DNA of 60,841 nt, the filler included, from Nemertoderma westbladi (lineage: Eukaryota > Animalia > Xenacoelomorpha): assembly GCA_032718475.1 (NCBI GenBank). It is 3 parts of 3 records of this genome, joined end to end, with 100 filler letters (N's around TTAATTAATTAA, not from the genome) between each part and the next. Parts side by side here need not be neighbours in the genome. Positions count along the whole stretch, not along the records: positions 28,540 to 53,721 come from JAUCBJ010005313.1; positions 53,822 to 60,841 come from JAUCBJ010008306.1; 1 more part is not named here. One strand, written 5' to 3'. The translations under genes were made by a program, and so were the position numbers. The notes beneath the pieces are model-generated. The model made no database searches. It was not told where the DNA came from and was given only the letters and a program-made list of their open reading frames with translations. Numbering within the stretch: position 1 is the first letter of the stretch; each line of letters starts with the position of its first letter. Below, in pieces: positions 52,579 through 60,841 of the stretch.

Positions 52579-52889
52579 CTGTATATACTACCAACGGCAC
52601 AATACACCCACTGTAGACATGTGTTACTCTTAGCAACGGCCAGCATGGTCGTAGGATGGTCTAACAACTGAGCTAGGGCCCGTAAAGAGTAGGTCTGAGT
52701 GTTGTGGTCGGAGCTGGAAGATCCAATGTCAACCAGGTGATCCACACCATTAAGGTTAATAAACTCCTCAGCTATGCTGTGGTTGTGCTCGAACGTGTTC
52801 CTTATAGTGAACAACAACTTCCTCAGTTCTCTGTCCCGAGAACTGCACAAACTTTTAATGATATCTCGCGCAGTTTTTCTGCTATCCAT
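52579..52889 (-). CDS. FHOD: FHOD formin, first visible coding exon (GBD/FH3 armadillo region)
   Basis: RELRKLLFTIRNTFE..EEFINLNGVDHLVDIG..HNTQTYSLRALAQLL..LQWVY resembles FHOD RELRRALFSLKQIF..NYQNYILRALGQ..IQWLY; donor AG|GTTAGA in phase 2. The start codon is uncertain. Confidence 0.85.
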
Positions 52890-52999
52890 TATCAATTATT
52901 CATATTATCTTAAATAGTAAACACATAGCATATATCGTTAGTTTTTATTGTTTGTGTATGTTGCTAGACGATTAACAGGTTAATGCTAGAAAATTTGTC

Positions 53000-53111
53000 A
53001 TTCTTTACTGCCGTAAAACTATTATGATATATATATTCCTTAGGAATATATATATCATAATAGTTTTACGGCAGTAAAGAATCATTTATCACCAAGGACC
53101 TTGGTGATAAA
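53000..53111. repeat. Two adjacent perfect palindromes (83 bp and 27 bp)
   Basis: 53000-53082 has 41-bp arms around one T; 53085-53111 is TTTATCACCAAGG-A-CCTTGGTGATAAA. Confidence 0.95.
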
Positions 53112-53721
53112 ATTAAAGTATGTCAACTGATGAAAAACTACAGAAGCGGTAACAAATAACAAACCAACAGCATGCAAAAGTCACTAAATAAGAAAATCAG
53201 AAAAAAATTATTACAGTACCGTACAACAATAATCAGGAAATAGTTTTATCATTTCGAAAAAATATACATAATGCAAAAATGTCAACATTAATTAAAAACA
53301 AAGAAAGGGCTGTAACATAATTGAATTCCATAAATCTTCCTTTAACAACTATCGTACGATAATTAAAATGAGAGAAGAAGTGAATAATACAGGCATATAA
53401 ATATTACTTGTAGTGTATGTGGAACACCCACGATACAATAACAATGTAAATTCTAGGCTGAGAGGCAAGAATTAGCTAAATTGGACGAGTTGCTTGAACC
53501 AATCCAGGCTTTAGTATACAGACTGAGCCATATACCAAAGAGTCGTCTATCTCTACAGTCTGACCTTTTATGTGTCACGGTCGGCAGACTTAAAGGAAAA
53601 CATACATTGCCTAAACCTGTTGAGCAACACACCGAATCCTGATTAGTTCGAATTGAGAAGCAGATTAATGAACATCAAATGGAAGGAATAATAACAGGGG
53701 CGGTTCATCAGCCGCTCTGAT

Positions 53722-53821
53722 NNNNNNNNNNNNNNNNNNNNNNNNNNNNNNNNNNNNNNNNNNNNTTAATTAATTAANNNNNNNNNNNNNNNNNNNNNNN
53801 NNNNNNNNNNNNNNNNNNNNN
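53722..53821. other. Assembly gap with artificial TTAATTAATTAA spacer
   Basis: Same layout as the 28440 gap. Confidence 0.95.
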
Positions 53822-54394
53822 TTAATAGCGATAATAGCTATGCTTTCTATAATTTTGCCTACTAATGTTCTTACAAAAAAGGCAGAAAACATTTCGCTAT
53901 CTCAACACGGTCTTAAAACACTGATAATAAAGTCCTAAAAAATCATCACAAAAGTCCCGTGACTTTAGCTCTCTTATTTTCCAAGAATCCCGTTCAACAC
54001 ATGTAATCAGCAGTGAGACAGGATAATTTCAGTTCAGTAGCTCGGGATTGGTCGAAATCAGAACTAACTCAACGCAGGGCTATGGGTAACTGGGGCAACC
54101 TTCCCAAGCCGGCTGGCCAATCGAACAGCTCAGATCCCTCCTAAAGGATTCCAACGCCTTGGAGGGGGGAACTGGTTAGCAAAGAAAACAAATCAGTCAT
54201 ATCCCAGAAAAACCTTTACAGTAGGTTTCAGAGTATTTTAGCGTATGGGGGAAAAACTGGGTTGCGGGGCGAAGGACCAGTTACATCCCACAGAAGCTTT
54301 TACAGGTACCCACTTTTCGGTAGTACCGTGCCAGTTATTTAGATTTGATATCTTCTTTTTTTGTTCCTCGGTTAGGAATCCATCATAGCGATAT

Positions 54395-55127
54395 TGTGTT
54401 CCAGCAAGATGGTGCACCGCCACACTGGGGGCTTATCGTTAGGAATTATTTGGACTGTCATTTTAACGGACATTGGATTGGCAGAGATGGACTTCTATTT
54501 ATGGGGCCACATTAAGAACTTAGTTTATAGCCAACCGATTGAATCCTTGGCCCAACTTCGTCCTGCTATTACTGAAGCCTTCAACGGAATACCGAAAGCC
54601 CATGTTCAGAGATCCTTTGCAGAAATGATGAGTAGACTAGGAAATAGGAGGTGGCCACATAGAAATTTACAAATAGATACCGGTACAATAATAGCATTAA
54701 ACTTCTAGTGTCTAATCTAACTCTTAGATTCAATTACATTACAAGTACATTACAATTATTCCAGGTTTATTATATCGTCACAGGCATTATTTATTATTTA
54801 ATGCTAGAGTGTGTATGCATACATACAGTATTGCATTGATTGTATACTTTATTTGTTTGTCAGATTAATATGTTGAATATTGGCACAAAATAAATTGTAA
54901 TAAAATAAATAACCAAAAATAATACACTTTATGACCACCGTTCCTCGAATTTTATCCTTATTCAATTGGCTGTATTTTGTTTCCATGACAACGTTGAGTT
55001 TCCAAACACAGACCAAATTCTAAGTTACAATATTGGCTTTAAATTGTTATAAAAAACTTATATTTTATCCAACATACGTGGGAGTTATATAAATTCAAAG
55101 TAGTAACAAATTTTATGGGACACCCTG
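54395..55127 (+). mobile_element. Tc1/mariner-superfamily transposon remnant (3' part and right TIR)
   Basis: FQQDGAPPH and DFYLWGHIKNLVY..LRPAITEAF motifs; ends TTTTATGGGACACCCTG followed by TA. Confidence 0.8.
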
Positions 55128-55129
55128 TA

Positions 55130-55570
55130 TAATCAGTTTGACGGGGTGGCAATGGGTTCGCCGTTAGGTCCAGCGTTGGCAAACGCATCTCTGTCTTTCC
55201 ATGAGAGTAACTGGTTATGTGACTGCCCTGCTCATTACAAACCGAAACTGTATAGTAGATATGTGGATGATACTTTTCTAGTGTTTGATAACAAGGTTCA
55301 AGCAGATCAATTTTTAACGTACCTTAACTCGAAACACCCCAACATAAAATTTACGGTTGACATCGGAAAATACAGTTCCCTGTCATTTTTGGATGTCCTC
55401 GTAACAAAAACAACTGATTTCAGCTTTTCTACTAACGTGTACAGAAAACCGACCTTTAATGGGCTTTATACAAATTATTCCAGTTTCATGCCCTTAGTGT
55501 ACAAAGTAGGTTTATTGTTTACACTATTTTGGCGTTGTTATTGTATATACTCTAGTTATACTCTTTTCAA
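55130..55570 (+). mobile_element. Penelope-like element reverse transcriptase fragment
   Basis: QFDGVAMGSPLGPALAN, YSRYVDDTF, LNSKHPNIKFT, LSFLDV, VYRKPT. Confidence 0.85.
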
Positions 55571-56818
55571 AATCAAGTCTCCCCTAAAGTCAAGTCTCCC
55601 TCACTCACCCTACACCTTGGGTTCCCATAGTTTGACCAACTTTTTTTCAGAAGAAAAAGGCTTTTATCATGATGTTTTTTTTTTCTATAACAAATATTTC
55701 ACCTTCTGACAGTAGGGTGGTAGCTAATAATTTTGATTTTGTGTTAGCTAGTACTTTATATTAGCTTGTGAAAAATTAAATTTGAATATTTTTTAATAAT
55801 TTTTTCTTGTGAAAATGGCGTTTATCATGAGTTTTTGTTCTAGAACAAATAATTTTCCTTCTGTCAGTAAGATGATAGCTAGTAATTTGGATTGTGTTAA
55901 CTAGTACTCTTTATAAGATATAAAAAAAATAAACATCAAACACAACAACTGTGTTTGTGTATTATTATAAGTTCTAAATTCAAAATTCTGCAGTTTCTAA
56001 GAGGTATGTCTATGTCTAATCATTTAAAATAGGACGATGTTTTTTAATAAGTGTTGATGTTTTTAATAAGGGTTATATGATGATTCCTATACTATTTAAT
56101 TGTTTTTCCAAAAAAATGTGCTAGAAAAAAAAAGTGTTCTAGTAACATTTATAAAAAATAGCTAAAACTAGCTAGGATAAAAATCTGGTCAATGGGTACT
56201 AAAGGTGTACCAATGCCATTAAAACAAATAATAGGCGAGTCAATCTATAATAAAACCCAAAAGTAATTCGCAATCAATACGGACCACGTTTTTCAATATC
56301 CCTATATCCCTATGTATATTGTACCAGCAAAATTGGTAATAAAGATGATTGGACATATTTCCATTGCTCTGGAACATTAGCCGATATTTTATTAAAGGTA
56401 GCTAGCTAAGTTAGGTAGTCAGTATTTTTTAAGTTATAAAAATATTTTATTTTATTTTATATATTATTTATTAAGGTGTTTTTAGTTTCCTTTACTAGCT
56501 AGCTCGTAGGATATTTTGTAATTATAAAATATTTTGTGAAAACAAAGCATTATGATGTGCAATATCTCTTTCGTAACAATTAGAATTCGTATAATATATA
56601 TCGTATTCATAACCCTATGTATTAGCTATTATTCTAGGATAGTAATTTAGGCTTAATTAACCCAGCAACAATAGAGGCTTGTTAAAACCAACCAACCAAC
56701 AACAACTATACATACGCAACATTAAAAATATATGTTTTATACATTTGAAATACGTATGTACTTACGTACATATGTAATTACGTATGTACTATCGTATTAC
56801 AATACACCATAACCCTTA

Positions 56819-57802
56819 ATAGTCGAGTCAATCTAGCAAAAAACCCATCGCAATCGTATTTCGCAATCAATCCGAACCACATATTTTGGATTCTATATTA
56901 CCTTATAAATGACCGAAAAAAAGTCTATAAAATTTTATTTTGCGGATCATATGTATATTAAAGGAAATTCTGCGTAAATTTGCATAACACAAGCCAAACA
57001 AAAGGAATAGTAAGGAAAAGTAAGTAGCAAATTAGTAATGTTCCAGAATAATTTAATTAATTTCACAATAAGCTGTGATTCAATAGGAAATTAGTAATAT
57101 TTACACTGGCGTGTTACACATTAATTGCTATATCTCGGAAACTAGAAGTCGTATCAATTTTTTAAATATATCAAAAACTTCACGATATATTAAGCTAACT
57201 TTTGTAAAAAAAATTATACAATTCCACTGCAAGGAAAGTTCATAATTTCCATTAATGTTAGTGAAGATTTTTCACATACTTAAATTATGATTGCTCTATT
57301 GATTTTAGGTGTAATTTATTTATTTGTTTTAGTTTAGAAACCACAATATTTTATCATATAACAAATAAATTTTTTGGGGATAAGGGTTTTTGAGGTCGAT
57401 AAATCCGATGGGCCAGGTTACATCCACCCGTTTAGTAGAGAAGTTGTGTAAATAAGCTTCCTATATTGTACCAGCAAAATTGGTATTAAAAATGGTTAAA
57501 TTATGAGACAAATTTCCGTTGCTCTGGCAACTAAATTGGTAACTATATAGAAGTGCATACTTCTGTCAATCGATAGTCATTAGAGTAAAGTTTGTCTGTA
57601 CCAAATTTGGAGAAAATCCAACCAATAGACCCCTTGTTGCTATGTAAAATCCATGTTGCTAAGGAAAGAAACAGGAAATTGAAGGTGATCCGCATAATAT
57701 ATTTTTATAGACTCTTTTGGGGGTATTAACAAAAATTGGTTTGGATGAATTGCGAATTTGTTATGGGTTGACCCCCTTTTTCGGCTAGATTGACTCGCCT
57801 AT
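56819..57802. mobile_element. TIR-bounded MITE, with an extra left-end copy at about 56231
   Basis: ATAG(G/T)CGAGTCAATCTAG at 56819, a near-identical end at 56231, and CTAGATTGACTCGCCTAT ending at 57802. Confidence 0.6.
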
Positions 57803-58655
57803 AATACAACAACCATTTTTAGGGGGTCGGAGCCCCCCCCCCATAATTTTTTTTTCAAATTTCAATAAAATGCTACGAAATTTGGTATGATGATAGATCG
57901 ACACCTTTTCTTACTGGTGGCCTGGCCGGATTTTTCAATTTCTCAGTTATTTCCATACAACAATCCCTTAAAAAAGGTCTATGTAGCAATGTTTAACAAC
58001 CTCCGTAGACTTTATTTTACTTCTTTGAAATGTAATCTAGATATCATTCGAAGCGCCTTCGTTTGTAGATTCCGAATCTGAAAACCGTTTGAAATTTAAC
58101 CAAAAATTGGTAAAGATATTATCAAAAGACTAATGTGTAAATTTAGAGACGTAAATCGCTATAATTCTGATGTTTTGTTGTCTTTATTCTAGAATATTAA
58201 TTATTATTTAGCTGAGCGTTTAAAACTCTCCATCTTGTTTTTTCATTACCCTTAATTAATATTCTAGAATTGAGTAAAAAAAAAGCTTTAGAATTATAGC
58301 GATTTACGTCACAAAAATTTACACCTTAGTATTTTGATAATATCTCCGGAAGTTCTTGGTGAAATTTACAACGGGTTTTATATTCTGAATCTGCAGATGA
58401 AGGCGGTTCTAATGATATCTAGATTTCATTCCAAAGACGAAAAATAAAGCTGACGGAGTTGGCTAAATATTGCAAGATAGACGATTTTTAACGGCTTGTT
58501 GTATCGAAATAGCTCATAAGTTAAAAAATCCGGCCAGGCCACCAGGTTTTGATCTATCATCATACCAAATTTCGTAGCATTTTATTGAAATTTGAAAAAA
58601 ATTAGGGGGGGGGGGGGAGGGGGGCTCCGACCCCCTAAAAATGGTTGTTGTATTA
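57802..58655. mobile_element. Foldback MITE of about 850 bp, almost wholly palindromic
   Basis: TAATACAACAACCATTTTTAGGGGGTCGGAGCCCC mirrored at 58621-58655; the arms stay complementary to a hinge near 58230. Confidence 0.85.
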
Positions 58656-59504
58656 AGTGTTATGGTGTAGTAATATTATATTATAATATTATATTACGTA
58701 ATGGTAATAAAATATTAACTAGCTCCATAAAAACACATGCTACAATAGCTAATAATGCGCTAGAACACAAAAATATTTTTATTAGACGGTAGACAATAGA
58801 ACTATCAGATTGATTACGTGTTCTAGAACATAATAAAACGGTACTGTTTCGATACGCGTACCTATCCTTGCGAAATTTTTTATACGAGCTAATTTCTTAA
58901 TAAAATACATCACATTGTTGTTATGGTAACAAAACTTTCTAGATTTATTTACACGCAGAATTTACGCATAAGTTTTGTGATACGTTGTTGCATTGTAGCT
59001 ACTATAGCTACAGTTACTATAGCAACCTCCAAGGCATACTTTTAAGATATAAATAAAGATCTAAATATTGAGGAGATTGCTTCAGCTTTTTCATATGCAA
59101 AATATAATTTTAAAAAATACTAGTTAGTACACAAATACTAGCTACTACCATATTTCCAAAACGTAACTTTTGGAGATAATTACTTTGGGGACCGTCTTTT
59201 TTATATACTGGTAATACTAGTATATATATATAGCGTTAGGCACGTCTTCACTTTTGACAACTTGTGTTTTTTTAATGTCCTTTATTTAACTCTTTGAAAT
59301 TACAGTAGCTTATTTATTCTAGAATTATTTAATTCCAAAGGAACAAAATTGTAAAATTATATAATACACATAACTATAATTATTACCCTGTTGTTTTGGC
59401 TGCAGATGATGGTATTGACAGATACCGACCATCATCTAGGCATATTGAAGTAAACTGCGGACATACAAGCTATTAGGAAGTTTTTCCAGGTCTAACTTTT
59501 ACCC

Positions 59505-59620
59505 GAGACGCTATCGGAATGTTTAGGGCACCACATTTCCAACCTAACGGGTCACCAGTTCGATCCCACCTTGACGTCATTGCCGACTTTGCAAAAGCCT
59601 TGCCCAACGAGTGTTATAAT
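59505..59620 (+). mobile_element. Possible tRNA-derived SINE head, degraded
   Basis: A-box-like TGTTTAGGGC and B-box-like AGTTCGATCCC at tRNA-like spacing. Confidence 0.25.
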
Positions 59621-60841
59621 AATATGAAACCATTAATTCATTATTCAATATCATCAACCCTCATGCCTTTTTAAAGAAGATTCGGCATATATTTTCTCAT
59701 ATGCTGGCCATCACTACTTGGAATACTGATTCACTACGAATACTACTACTACGATCGGCATGCTGCATTTTTGCTGCAAATGCTAACTGTATACAGAAAT
59801 CTTATATTTTTATCAGATTATCATTCAATTTCAGTGCATATAATATTTGTTTACAATATTATACAATATTTGTATACAGCTTGCCAACACAATTGTTACT
59901 ATCTATAATATTTGTGTCTTATGTGTATTGAATAGTCCATAAAGTTGTTTATATGTTGTGTTACGATATGTGGCGCTGTGTACTGAAGCGGCCCATTATA
60001 CAGTATAAAGTATTTTAGATAAGTCATAATAATGTACAGCCGTGATTAGATAGGGAAAATAAAATATCCAAGTTTATATATTTCATCTGTTTTTTTGTAC
60101 AGTATGTAGTTTGCTTATGTAATTTTATAATAAAATCTTAGTAAATAACATTTATGGTGGCAAACTTTCATAAAACTTTAATACGAATTTGCCGTTTATC
60201 TATATTGACTGAACTAATTGTGTATTTGTGTTAATTTCCTTTATATTTCTCCCTAAATTGACTTTATATCGAATTTATGCTTAATGTGCTTTAATAATCG
60301 CGAAATTAATGTTATGGCCAGCAACCTATAAGCCCACCGGGACAGATTTCATTACCATATATGGTAATAATTTGTGAAATGGGGGGAAAGGGATCACAAC
60401 CCAGCTTCCCCATTGGCCCAGCTGTTTTAGGTTAGTCTAATGGTGGCAGGGTTTGCTGGACCAATGAAACGATTATTGCGTCATACTTATTTCGTCAGCT
60501 ATAAATTTGCAGTGCTTCAGTATCTTATTACCGTTTTCCCCGTTTTTCTGTACCCGTTTCCGTTTCTTTATTCTGTATGATTTGAATTCTTTGCTATTCT
60601 CTTTCTTCTAATTATGTAAATCGTTAATGCTGATTCCTCTGATTACTTCTTGATTACAATTTCGAATAATGATTTCTGCATTGACTCTTGATTTCTATGT
60701 AATTAAGATGTGATAATCCTTACGGGGATTTCTTTTCAACTGTCAGATTGTTTGCGAATGCATGCACCGATACGGTAGCTATTTGTTTTAGCATGGAGGG
60801 CTAAGGGTACCGGTAGGCGCAGCGGGCGCACCGTGGAAGCG

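Noticed and set aside
54200-54390. Possible SINE central domain (AAGTGGGTACCTG, minus strand)
   Set aside because: No tRNA head, tail or second copy in the window to support it.

Overview
AT-rich animal (invertebrate-type) genomic DNA, split by two artificial 100-bp N-gaps (28440-28539, 53722-53821). Host genes: an initiator tRNA-Met (300-371), a spliced SAMD5-like SAM-domain gene (+, 22808 to about 27308) and a giant FHOD-family formin (-, about 52889-32742, about 4695 aa). The formin's last exon is a single 13.3-kb ORF carrying about 12 copies of an unrecognised helical repeat ahead of FH1-FH2. Much of the rest is mobile DNA. Positions 4454-19199 form a five-level nest of transposons, and every TIR-bearing member has a readable target-site duplication (TSD). 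The nest includes a hAT MITE inserted into a copy of itself, a full-length PHD-ORF1 CR1 LINE, and two CAGT-ended elements with 5-bp TSDs that fit no standard superfamily well. Also present: a Sola2-type foldback, a Crypton-like tyrosine-recombinase relic, and mariner, Penelope, L2 and RTE fragments. Two other observations stand out: a 20-copy 70-bp array made of the SAMD5 exon-3 end plus its splice donor, and recurrent TA>TACAGTA/TACCGGTA/TAGG..CCTA insertions that look like transposon excision footprints. Family assignments come from motif recognition by eye, with no database search.
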